Shown: positions 10,338 through 18,339 of the stretch, piece after piece
Layout of the letters: the number at the start of each line of letters is the position of its first letter
Numbering within the stretch: the first letter of the stretch is position 1
Source of the DNA: a virus
Direction: 5' to 3' (one strand)
DNA length: 64,000 nt
IMG/VR virus record: IMGVR_UViG_3300027714_000004
Coordinates: 32,001-96,000 of that record
Translations under genes and position numbers: made by a program
The notes under the pieces: generated by a model
Databases searched by the model: none
Seen by the model: only the letters and a program-made list of their open reading frames with translations
Told to the model about the DNA's origin: nothing

Positions 10338-11005
10338 AACTACAATCTTTCAATTCCTTCTTGAACGAAGGTGTAAACGACCCAGCAATCTTTAAGGCAA
10401 TCTTCCTTGCAGGCGGGCCAGGCTCAGGTAAGTCGTTCATCGTCGGTAAGACGGGTCTGACTTCTATGGGTTATAAGGTGGTTAACTCTGATGATTCGTT
10501 TGAGAACGCTATGAAGAAAGCATCGATGGAAATGAATCCCGATAACATCTTCTCGGTCAAAGGTCAAGAACTCCGTGGTAAGGCAAAGAGTCTCACTGGC
10601 ACCAAACAAACGATGTACATCAAAGGTCGTCTAGGTTTGGTTATCGATGGTACTGGTAAAGACCCAAGTAAGATCGCAGCCCAAGCAAAGGAACTCAAGA
10701 AACTGGGTTACGATGTCGCAATGATTTTCGTTAACACCGATCTTGACACTGCAATCTCTCGTGATGCGCAACGTGCACGTACACTAGGTGCTAAAGGCGT
10801 TACTGAATATTGGAAAGCAGTACAGGCAAATATCGGTAAGTTCCAAACTATGTTCGGTAAGACGAACTTCCTAGTTGTGGATAACTCTGAAGGTAAGGAT
10901 TACCAGAAAGAGACACTACGCGCATATCGTGATGCTACCAAGTTCACCCAGTCACCTGTAGACAACTCTAAGGCAAAGAAGTGGATTGCCGGAGAAAAGA
11001 AATAA
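10334..11005 (+). CDS. P-loop kinase (zeta-toxin/PNK-like) with internal-protein-like N-terminus
   Basis: AGGPGSGKS, VNSDD, LVIDGT. N-terminus MKLQSFNSFLNE. Confidence 0.8.
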   Translation: MKLQSFNSFLNEGVNDPAIFKAIFLAGGPGSGKSFIVGKTGLTSMGYKVVNSDDSFENAMKKASMEMNPDNIFSVKGQELRGKAKSLTGTKQTMYIKGRLGLVIDGTGKDPSKIAAQAKELKKLGYDVAMIFVNTDLDTAISRDAQRARTLGAKGVTEYWKAVQANIGKFQTMFGKTNFLVVDNSEGKDYQKETLRAYRDATKFTQSPVDNSKAKKWIAGEKK

Positions 11006-11034
11006 TTGACATCCGTGGTACATTGTAGTATAAT
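11006..11034 (+). promoter_or_regulatory. Sigma70-type promoter
   Basis: TTGACA-17-TATAAT. Confidence 0.75.
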
Positions 11035-11176
11035 AACTTCATTAATCAAATGAATTATAGGAACTGCAATGTACTACCATACCACCCCCCACCTCCCAAA
11101 CTTTCTTTACAATTCCCTTGACTTCTAACTAAAATACGTGTATAATACCTCTTTAGATACCACTTTGGAGAACTAC

Positions 11177-11701
11177 ATGGTACGTTTAGCAGCAGCACTG
11201 TCTTTACTTTGTTTCTTTGGTTACATCAGTATCGTTGATGCAGAAACCCCAGACATAACAAAGAATAATGATCTCGAATGTCTCGCCCTGAATATATATC
11301 ACGAGGCCCGAAGTGAGAGTCTCGCGGGTCAGTACGCAGTCGCAGATGTCACCCTCAATCGTGTACAAGATCGACGATACCCGTCCACCATATGTGGAGT
11401 AGTTAAACAGGCAGTATTAAGTCAATGGGGTTTAGACCGAGGTATGTCTATCCCAAGGAAAAATATGTGTCAGTTCAGTTGGTATTGTGACGGTCTCGCA
11501 GATGAACCAGTAGAAACGTATTCTTGGTTACGTGCACAGGACATAGCACGAGACATGATATTTGTCCGGAAGTACCGAGGAATAACCGAAGGGTCTACTC
11601 ACTATCATGCAAATTATGTTAACCCTAAGTGGAGTTCTCATGAAAGTATGCGACTGATAGGTAGAATAGGCGATCACATTTTCTATAAAGAGGAATACTA
11701 A
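11177..11701 (+). CDS. SleB-like cell wall hydrolase
   Basis: CLALNIYHEARSE, AVADVTLNRV, CQFSW, HYHA, IGDHIFY. Signal-like N-terminus. Confidence 0.9.
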   Translation: MVRLAAALSLLCFFGYISIVDAETPDITKNNDLECLALNIYHEARSESLAGQYAVADVTLNRVQDRRYPSTICGVVKQAVLSQWGLDRGMSIPRKNMCQFSWYCDGLADEPVETYSWLRAQDIARDMIFVRKYRGITEGSTHYHANYVNPKWSSHESMRLIGRIGDHIFYKEEY

Positions 11702-11958
11702 TGCCTGTAGACTATGACTCAATACCGACCGGAAAGTTCCCTGAAGAAACTGACTTAGATCAAGTATATATATTATACGATCACATTGGCGGCATGATAG
11801 CCGTGTATGGTGACGGAGACCGAGCGATTGAACGTGCGGTCGATGAGATCACCAAAGACTATGACTACGACACCGTACATGTTGATATCTTTGATTGGGC
11901 TATCATGGTACGAAGTAATATTGGAGAGATCACAATATTAATTGAAAAAATATACTAA
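11701..11958 (+). CDS. Hypothetical protein
   Basis: Coupled ORF with RBS. Confidence 0.6.
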   Translation: MPVDYDSIPTGKFPEETDLDQVYILYDHIGGMIAVYGDGDRAIERAVDEITKDYDYDTVHVDIFDWAIMVRSNIGEITILIEKIY

Positions 11959-12005
11959 AGGGTATTGACACAACAAGTTTCTTTTGGTACAATAACCACT
12001 TAAAT

Positions 12006-12081
12006 GTCCCGTTCGTCTAGAGGCCTAGGACACCGCCCTTTCACGGCGGTAACAGGGGTTCGACTCCCCTACGGGACGCCA
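12006..12081 (+). tRNA. tRNA-Glu(TTC)
   Basis: Cloverleaf, loop CTTTCAC, GTTCGA T-arm, CCA end. Confidence 0.96.
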
Positions 12082-12143
12082 TTTTTAGTTAAAAGTCGTT
12101 TCTTGTATAAATAGTAGAAACACATTTATAATAGGAGGTCATT

Positions 12144-13766
12144 ATGTCTAATGATATCACAGCACCAAACGTTAGTAATAATGGCGAAACTAACGTCCCT
12201 ACTAATTTAGCACAGCAAAGCGGGTTACCCAATATGACAAGCACAAAAATATTCACCGTACAAACCGATATGATCGTCGAAGGTGACCTGTGGGCGACCA
12301 ACATCTTCGGGGCCGGCGGGGCCCCTCTTTCTACATATGCGATAAAGGTAGGATATAACCCCAGCGATCCTTCGGATCTTTCTTCTGTTCTATTAGATGC
12401 TGGTACTGACGGGACTGATGGTCAACTTACTATCACAAACATTACAGCAGACGGTACTGTAGACTTTACTGGTGCAACTTTAGTTGGCATTTCTGCTGGC
12501 GGAATTGACTTGAATGACCTTTCCGTATCTGTTGATGCAGCCGGTACCGCAAACCTTGCATACAATGACCTCACTGGTGTCTTTACATATACTCCACCCG
12601 ACCTATCATCTTACTTGACTGCAAGTAGTACAGATACTTTGACTAACAAGTCTGGTAGTAACTCTCAGTGGACTAATGACGAAGGTTTTACTACCAATAC
12701 TGGTACGGTTACTGATTCAAGCACCGATACTTTCACCAATAAATCTGGTAGTAACTCTCAGTGGACTAATGACGAAGGTTTTACTACCAATACTGGTACG
12801 GTTACTCCTTCTAGTACTGATGTGTTTACTAACAAGTCTGGTAGTAACTCTCAGTGGACTAATGACGAAGGTTTTACAACTAACACCGGAACAACTACAG
12901 CAGACAACGTTCAAACGTTTACTAACAAGTCGGGAAGCAATAGTCAATGGACTAATGACGAAGGTTTTACAACTAACGTAGGTGACATCACCGAAGTGGT
13001 TGCAGGAACCTCCTTATCAGGTGGTGCTACAAGTGGTTCAGCAACACTGGACGTAGCAAACGATGGTATTACTGCGACTCAACTTAGTGTAACAGGAAAC
13101 GGAAACGCTGGTCAGGTATTATCATCTGACGGAGACGGAACTTTCACTTGGATCGCTAGTGGCGCTGGTGGTGGCATATCCCTGACAGATCTGTCAGTAA
13201 CAGTTGCGGCTGTTGGTACTGCAAACCTTGCATACAATGGCCTCACTGGTGTTTTCACATATACTCCACCTGATCTGACAACTTACTTAACAGAAAGTAG
13301 CACATCGACTCTGACTAACAAGTCGGGAAGCAATAGTCAATGGACTAACGATGAAGGCTTTACTACCAATACTGGTACGGTTACTCCTTCAAGCACAGAC
13401 GTGTTTACTAATAAATCTGGAAGCAATAGTCAATGGACTAACGATGAAGGTTTTACAACTAACGTTGGTGACATCACAGAAGTAGTTGCCGGGACAGGTT
13501 TAACGGGTGGTGCTACAAGTGGTTCTGCTACTTTAGATATCGATTCTACCGTAGCGACACTAACGGGAGCACAGACTCTTACTAATAAAGCATTAACCTC
13601 TCCGGCTCTTACTACTCCAACTATTGAGGGTGGTACTAGTGATTGGCAGTTCTCTGTCTCTGGTGATGATCTCATCATTAGTTACGGTGGTGTCTCTAAG
13701 GCGAAGTTAACGACAACGGGTGACCTTGTTGTAGCAGGTAACCTAACAGCGTATGGTACTATCTAA
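12144..13766 (+). CDS. Repeat-rich virion fibre protein
   Basis: Thr/Gly/Ser-rich, six 31-aa repeats, C-terminal GDLVVAGNLTAY, upstream TATAAATA. Confidence 0.75.
   Translation: MSNDITAPNVSNNGETNVPTNLAQQSGLPNMTSTKIFTVQTDMIVEGDLWATNIFGAGGAPLSTYAIKVGYNPSDPSDLSSVLLDAGTDGTDGQLTITNITADGTVDFTGATLVGISAGGIDLNDLSVSVDAAGTANLAYNDLTGVFTYTPPDLSSYLTASSTDTLTNKSGSNSQWTNDEGFTTNTGTVTDSSTDTFTNKSGSNSQWTNDEGFTTNTGTVTPSSTDVFTNKSGSNSQWTNDEGFTTNTGTTTADNVQTFTNKSGSNSQWTNDEGFTTNVGDITEVVAGTSLSGGATSGSATLDVANDGITATQLSVTGNGNAGQVLSSDGDGTFTWIASGAGGGISLTDLSVTVAAVGTANLAYNGLTGVFTYTPPDLTTYLTESSTSTLTNKSGSNSQWTNDEGFTTNTGTVTPSSTDVFTNKSGSNSQWTNDEGFTTNVGDITEVVAGTGLTGGATSGSATLDIDSTVATLTGAQTLTNKALTSPALTTPTIEGGTSDWQFSVSGDDLIISYGGVSKAKLTTTGDLVVAGNLTAYGTI
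12642..13470 (+). repeat. 93-bp coding tandem repeats (4+2 copies)
   Basis: TNKSGSNSQWTNDEGFTTN units start at 12642, 12735, 12828, 12921, 13314, 13407. Confidence 0.95.
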
Positions 13767-14374
13767 TGGCACTGCCTACGAGTGGTACTATAACACTGGA
13801 CGAAATCCACATTGAAGCTGGAGGTACTACTAGTACTCTAGCAACAATAAACGATGTGGATATTCGTGCGTTAATCGGCAAGGCAGCTGGTGTCGAGATG
13901 TCCTTTGATGAGTGGTATGCAGTCGCGGCACAATCCTTCACGGTAACTGAGGCCTCAGACCTATTCCTGACTACGTCATACTACGGTTTAAGAAATGGAG
14001 GTACCGCTGGATCTGCGTCTCCCACCAATATAACTGTTGCTGGTAATTCTCATCTGATAAAAGATTCTTTCCGAAGATGTGCTAGTTCAGCTGGTATCGA
14101 TGACGATACTACGTCAGCATTTTATTTCGGACTTTATTACACCGCTGCTGATGACCGACCTGCTGATAATTGGTTCACCTCACTTGACATTGATGCTACA
14201 GGGGGTACTATAAATATACCTCAATCGACTGCATCCATCTTCTTCACTGGTAGTGGGGCGACAGGATACAAAGAGTGGCGTTGGTTCTCTAGCGATTTCA
14301 CAACACAAGAACTCATTGACCTTTCATCTCAATGGGATGGTTCCGGTACTTCTGACGTAACAATAAACGAGTAA
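13766..14374 (+). CDS. Putative fibre-associated virion protein
   Basis: MALPTSGTITLDEI N-terminus, coupled to the fibre gene. Confidence 0.6.
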   Translation: MALPTSGTITLDEIHIEAGGTTSTLATINDVDIRALIGKAAGVEMSFDEWYAVAAQSFTVTEASDLFLTTSYYGLRNGGTAGSASPTNITVAGNSHLIKDSFRRCASSAGIDDDTTSAFYFGLYYTAADDRPADNWFTSLDIDATGGTINIPQSTASIFFTGSGATGYKEWRWFSSDFTTQELIDLSSQWDGSGTSDVTINE

Positions 14375-14379
14375 TAACA

Positions 14380-14574
14380 ATGGCTATCACTCTTACATAC
14401 GATACTCCTGTCACCGGACAAGATAGACTATCCGGTACGGTAACCTTTGATACAGGCACAGGTGAATTTTCCTGTCCTATTATCTACAATGCTGAGACGA
14501 TGGATCTGCCAGCAACCGAAGCAAGGATGACACTACATATACAGGAATCAACAGATCCTGAAACAACCCCTTAA
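14380..14574 (+). CDS. Hypothetical protein
   Basis: ORF in the fibre operon. Confidence 0.55.
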   Translation: MAITLTYDTPVTGQDRLSGTVTFDTGTGEFSCPIIYNAETMDLPATEARMTLHIQESTDPETTP

Positions 14575-14587
14575 TAGGAACTATATT

Positions 14588-14800
14588 ATGCCAATGAAGT
14601 ACCAAGAAGATATTGTAACTAAAGATCGTAAGACCCTTAGATTATCAACCCAAAGATTTTATATGCACACCCTTAGTACCCCATCTTTATGGGAAGAGTT
14701 TGGAAGATGCCGTACCCCCAAGATTAAGGCTAAGTTTCGTAATGAACTCGTGAAGCGTGGGTTTTCAGATCAAACAATATTATCTAGTCAGTCCTCTTGA
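14588..14800 (+). CDS. Hypothetical basic protein
   Basis: AGGA RBS, 70-aa ORF. Confidence 0.6.
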   Translation: MPMKYQEDIVTKDRKTLRLSTQRFYMHTLSTPSLWEEFGRCRTPKIKAKFRNELVKRGFSDQTILSSQSS

Positions 14801-14835
14801 CATAGAGGTCTAACTGTAGTATAATACAGTCTTAT

Positions 14836-14910
14836 TCCGAAGTAGCTCAGTGGTAGAGCAGTTGACTGTTAATCAATTGGTCGTTGGTTCGACCCCAACC
14901 TTCGGAGCCA
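14836..14910 (+). tRNA. tRNA-Asn(GTT)
   Basis: Cloverleaf, loop CTGTTAA, CCA end. Confidence 0.95.
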
Positions 14911-14914
14911 GAAT

Positions 14915-14999
14915 GCGGGTGTGGTGGAATTGGTAGACACGCTAGATTTAGGTTCTAGTGTCGCAAGACGTGGAGGTTCAAGTCCTCTCACCCGTACCA
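14915..14999 (+). tRNA. tRNA-Leu(TAG)
   Basis: Long variable arm, loop TTTAGGT, CCA end. Confidence 0.95.
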
Positions 15000-15023
15000 A
15001 TACAGTAATATTATGAGTGATAT

Positions 15024-15455
15024 ATGAAAATAAAACGAAGAATGTACGCGCACACTCCCCCATTCAGCTATGTCCGCCATAGCAATGAAGAAATTTATCC
15101 TGACCCTATCAGCGAGACTCTAGAGTTCGAAAGATACTCGGATGGCGTTTCTATGAAAGATGTAGAAGACGGTCTGGATCATATCGATTACAAGTTCAAT
15201 GAAGGCGAACTTATTCAAGAGTTTAAGGATTATATCGACTCTACATACAACGCACACTATTGTACTTCTGGGATTCAATCCAGTGAAGTCATTATTGATC
15301 GTGGGCATGGTATGGGTTTCTTTCTAGGTAATGTGGATAAGTATAATGCACGTTATGGAAACAAAGGTGATGTAGTAGATCACCGAAAAGACCTTATGAA
15401 GGTATTACATTATGCTTTATTAGCATTACACACACATGATTTGGAAAATACGTAA
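15024..15455 (+). CDS. DUF3310-like protein (T7 gp1.7 nucleotide kinase family)
   Basis: HY..GFFLGNVDKYNARYGNKG..DLMKVLHY. Confidence 0.7.
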   Translation: MKIKRRMYAHTPPFSYVRHSNEEIYPDPISETLEFERYSDGVSMKDVEDGLDHIDYKFNEGELIQEFKDYIDSTYNAHYCTSGIQSSEVIIDRGHGMGFFLGNVDKYNARYGNKGDVVDHRKDLMKVLHYALLALHTHDLENT

Positions 15456-15460
15456 AGAAC

Positions 15461-15655
15461 GTGTCTGGTAACTCAGACTAGTAGTATGTTGTTCCTTCTA
15501 CGATGAGAATGAGGATTAGTTGCCTCAAATAGGAACACGACACCAAGTAGGTCGGTAACTGGTACCGTTAGTCAGAAGCGCTGGAGATCGTGCGCGTGAA
15601 TGGTTATAAAGATAGGTTATCTTTAACTAAGGTCAAGGAAGGGGTTATGGCACCA
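15461..15655 (+). ncRNA. Candidate ~195-nt multibranch structured RNA
   Basis: No ORF, closing stem, several internal hairpins, ends in ACCA. Confidence 0.55.
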
Positions 15656-15665
15656 GATAAATTAT

Positions 15666-15742
15666 GGACTGGTAGTTCAGTTGGTTAGAATATCGGCCTG
15701 TCACGCCGAGGGTCGCGGGTTCGAGTCCCGTCCAGTCCGCCA
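15666..15742 (+). tRNA. tRNA-Asp(GTC)
   Basis: Cloverleaf, loop CTGTCAC, CCA end. Confidence 0.96.
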
Positions 15743-15759
15743 ATTAATGATTAAGGAAA

Positions 15760-16029
15760 ATGATGAAAGTCTTACATAATAATGTTTTAGTTACACAAGA
15801 TAAAGCAAAAGAATCCACAACAGCTAGCGGTCTGATTATCTCATCTGCAAAACCTACTGGACAAACTCCAGCCAAGGTAATTAGTATGAGTATCGAAGTT
15901 GCGTCAAAGAATACTATCGCAGCGGGTAACACCGTATACTTCGATTGGAGTAAGGCGATTGCAGTAGAACTGGACGGTATCCAGTGTGCAGTTATTGATT
16001 ATAACGACATTAAGTTGATTGTAGACTAG
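15760..16029 (+). CDS. groES: GroES-like co-chaperonin
   Basis: KVLHNNVLV..TTASGLII mobile loop, C-terminal IDYNDIKLIV. Confidence 0.85.
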   Translation: MMKVLHNNVLVTQDKAKESTTASGLIISSAKPTGQTPAKVISMSIEVASKNTIAAGNTVYFDWSKAIAVELDGIQCAVIDYNDIKLIVD

Positions 16030-16065
16030 TAGTTACTTTGTGTCTATATATGACATGGTATATTC

Positions 16066-16102
16066 GAAGGGTCTGATTCCCCTTTAAAAATAACTGAATC
16101 AG
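16066..16102 (+). other. Predicted H-type RNA pseudoknot
   Basis: S1 GAAGGG/CCCTTT, 1-nt loop, S2 CTGATTC/GAATCAG, A-rich loop. Confidence 0.5.
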
Positions 16103-16127
16103 TGGTGCCCAGTAGAGCATAGTTGTA

Positions 16128-16202
16128 TGGGGTGTCGCCAAGTGGTTAAGGCCTCGGGTTTTGATCCCGATATCGGAGGTTCGAATCCTCCCACCCCAGC
16201 CA
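16128..16202 (+). tRNA. tRNA-Gln(TTG)
   Basis: Cloverleaf, loop TTTTGAT, CCA end. Confidence 0.95.
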
Positions 16203-16221
16203 ATCTTTTTTTAAATAAAGG

Positions 16222-16250
16222 TTGACAAAGAGAAGTAATTAGTGTATCAT
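16222..16250 (+). promoter_or_regulatory. Sigma70-type promoter for tRNA-Ser and the cytochrome gene
   Basis: TTGACA-17-TATCAT. Confidence 0.7.
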
Positions 16251-16263
16251 ACGTAGTTGAAAT

Positions 16264-16351
16264 GGAGAGTTGGCAGAGTGGTCGAATGCACCTGACTTGA
16301 AATCAGACGAACCGCAAGGTTCCATAGGTTCGAATCCTATACTCTCCGCCA
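16264..16351 (+). tRNA. tRNA-Ser(TGA)
   Basis: Long variable arm, loop CTTGAAA, CCA end. Confidence 0.95.
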
Positions 16352-16380
16352 TTTTATATAATACATTGATGAGATATACT

Positions 16381-17817
16381 ATGAATACTAAAGTTTTACT
16401 ATTGCTATCCTCTATATTCCTAACTGCATGTGGTGGTGACGAGTCGTCCACAACTCCTTTAGAGTCTGTTGCCAATACTCCGTCCACACCAACTGTTGCA
16501 GAACCTACGGATTTAGAGATTGCGTTAGAAGATCTCCAAGATATCATGAACGCAACGTCTCCGACTGGTTCCTATGAGGGTTATATCCTCCCAGAGAGCG
16601 ATGACTTCCTCAACATCCCCCAAGACCCCAACAACCCAATTACTGCTGAAAAAGTAGCACTAGGTAAGCTGATATACCACGAAACTGGTATCACTTCTGA
16701 TGGTCTGGGTAAGACCGATATGGATAACACGTGGTCTTGTGCGTCTTGTCACAATGGACAGAACGGGTTTAAGTCTGGTATTCGACAGGGTATTGGTGAA
16801 GGTGGTGTTGGATTCAACCATCGAACTTTTGCCGAAGGTATGGAAGAACTTGCTGATATCCAACCTGTAACATCCCCTACTGTTCTTAATACCGCATATC
16901 AAGAAGTGATGTTATGGAACGGTCAGTTCGGTAATGTTGTGGGTGGTATCGTTAATGTTGGTATTGATCCAGAGAGACACTTTACCGAAGGTACTCCTAA
17001 AGGCGAGAACTTACGTGGATTTGCAGGACTTGAAACTCAAGCACTCGCTGGTTTAGTGGTTCACCGAATGAATGCAGCAGAACCGGACTCTATACTATCT
17101 ACTAATGAGAAGTATCAGATGATGTTTGAGGCGGCATACGGAACATCACGACCGAATGATATGTTAGAGGCAGCTGCTCTTGCGATTGCCGCATACGAAC
17201 GTACTATACTTGCAAACCAAGCTCCTTTTCAAAAGATGTTACGCGGTGACGCAAATGCATTATCTTTAGAAGAAGTTGAAGGTGCGAAGGTATTCTTCGG
17301 TAAGGGTGGTTGTGCGGGTTGTCATAATGGCCCTGCGTTATCTTCACCAGTTGGTTCCTTGGCAAGTGAAGTCTTTATGACACTGGGATTCAATGACTTG
17401 GATATGTGGGAAGATACAGTTGGAGAAGTCAACCAAGCGACAAAAGAAGGTCGTGCTGGATTTACGGGTGATGAGATGGAGAAGTATGCTTTCAAAGTTC
17501 CACCACTATATAACCTCAAAGATACGAACGTGTTTGGTCATGGTGGTTCATTCACCTCTGTAGCAGATGTTGTTAGATACAAGATCATGGCAGTGGCAGA
17601 ACACTCTGAAGTCGAAAGTACAAACCTAGACCATCGTTTCGTCCCTCTGGACTTGACTGATGAAGAAGTATCTAACTTGGTGACTTTCCTAGAAGACGGT
17701 CTACATGATCCGGATTTGATGCGGTATGTTCCTGAAGAACTTCCTAGCGGTAACTGCGTAACTAACAACGATGAACAGTCTAGAGAAGAATTAGGGTGTA
17801 CCAATAATGGTCAGTAA
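16381..17817 (+). CDS. Di-heme cytochrome c peroxidase/MauG-family lipoprotein
   Basis: Lipobox FLTAC, CASCH and CAGCH, NPITAEKVALGK, MLWNG, FKVPPLYN..HGG. Confidence 0.9.
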   Translation: MNTKVLLLLSSIFLTACGGDESSTTPLESVANTPSTPTVAEPTDLEIALEDLQDIMNATSPTGSYEGYILPESDDFLNIPQDPNNPITAEKVALGKLIYHETGITSDGLGKTDMDNTWSCASCHNGQNGFKSGIRQGIGEGGVGFNHRTFAEGMEELADIQPVTSPTVLNTAYQEVMLWNGQFGNVVGGIVNVGIDPERHFTEGTPKGENLRGFAGLETQALAGLVVHRMNAAEPDSILSTNEKYQMMFEAAYGTSRPNDMLEAAALAIAAYERTILANQAPFQKMLRGDANALSLEEVEGAKVFFGKGGCAGCHNGPALSSPVGSLASEVFMTLGFNDLDMWEDTVGEVNQATKEGRAGFTGDEMEKYAFKVPPLYNLKDTNVFGHGGSFTSVADVVRYKIMAVAEHSEVESTNLDHRFVPLDLTDEEVSNLVTFLEDGLHDPDLMRYVPEELPSGNCVTNNDEQSREELGCTNNGQ

Positions 17818-17974
17818 GAACGATATCACCGGAGATGCGATTCGATCCAAAACTCTATCTCAACAAGGTAGGGACAATTGGGACAACATCTTCGGTAAGA
17901 AGGATAAGGTTGATACAATTATACCTGAAACGAAAAAAGAAATCGTTATAAATAAAGATAGTAAGAAAGTATAA
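17807..17974 (+). CDS. Small hypothetical protein (55 aa)
   Basis: MVSKNDITGDAIRSK..NWDNIFGKK, read by hand. Confidence 0.6.
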   Translation: MVSKNDITGDAIRSKTLSQQGRDNWDNIFGKKDKVDTIIPETKKEIVINKDSKKV

Positions 17975-17994
17975 ATATAATTAAGAAGTTCACT

Positions 17995-18070
17995 GGGGGT
18001 ATAGCTCAGATGGGAGAGCGTCGCCCTTGCACGGCGAAGGTCTGCGGTTCGATCCCGCATACCTCCACCA
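17995..18070 (+). tRNA. tRNA-Ala(TGC)
   Basis: Cloverleaf, loop CTTGCAC, G3:U70, CCA end. Confidence 0.96.
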
Positions 18071-18073
18071 TAT

Positions 18074-18240
18074 TCCCCACCGTACGGGGCTCGGTACTAA
18101 AGAGATGAACCACGCGCCTTTCATCGCGCACTAACTTGATAACTGCGATCTCTCATAACGTGCATGTTAAAAATGCCAAGCAGTTGAGTTAAGGTTCTCC
18201 AACCATAATAGTACCATTAAGAGCCCCGTACTCGTGGGGA
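18074..18240 (+). ncRNA. Candidate rod-shaped ncRNA with 6S-like geometry
   Basis: Nested complementary blocks, central bubble, trailing T-tract. Confidence 0.65.
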
Positions 18241-18281
18241 TCTTTTTGCCTAAAATAATGTAAAATAATTGATATAAGCCC

Positions 18282-18310
18282 TTGACAATACATTCGTATT
18301 GGGGTATAAT
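18282..18310 (+). promoter_or_regulatory. Sigma70-type promoter
   Basis: TTGACA-17-TATAAT. Confidence 0.75.
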
Positions 18311-18339
18311 ATAGTATATTAAATTGAATTGGATATATT

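Noticed and set aside
12642-13470. Repeats as a CRISPR array
   Set aside because: In-frame 93-bp coding repeats with synonymous variation and related 'spacers'.
16270-16380. ORF-track N-terminal extension of the cytochrome gene
   Set aside because: It runs through tRNA-Ser. ATG 16381 gives a proper lipoprotein signal peptide.
12006-18070. Suppressor tRNA or recoded genetic code
   Set aside because: All seven anticodons are standard sense (TAG anticodon is Leu, TGA is Ser) and genes end normally at all three stop codons.
18071-18130. tRNA-associated HDV-like (theta) ribozyme
   Set aside because: I could not build the nested double pseudoknot. The long rod explains the pairing better.
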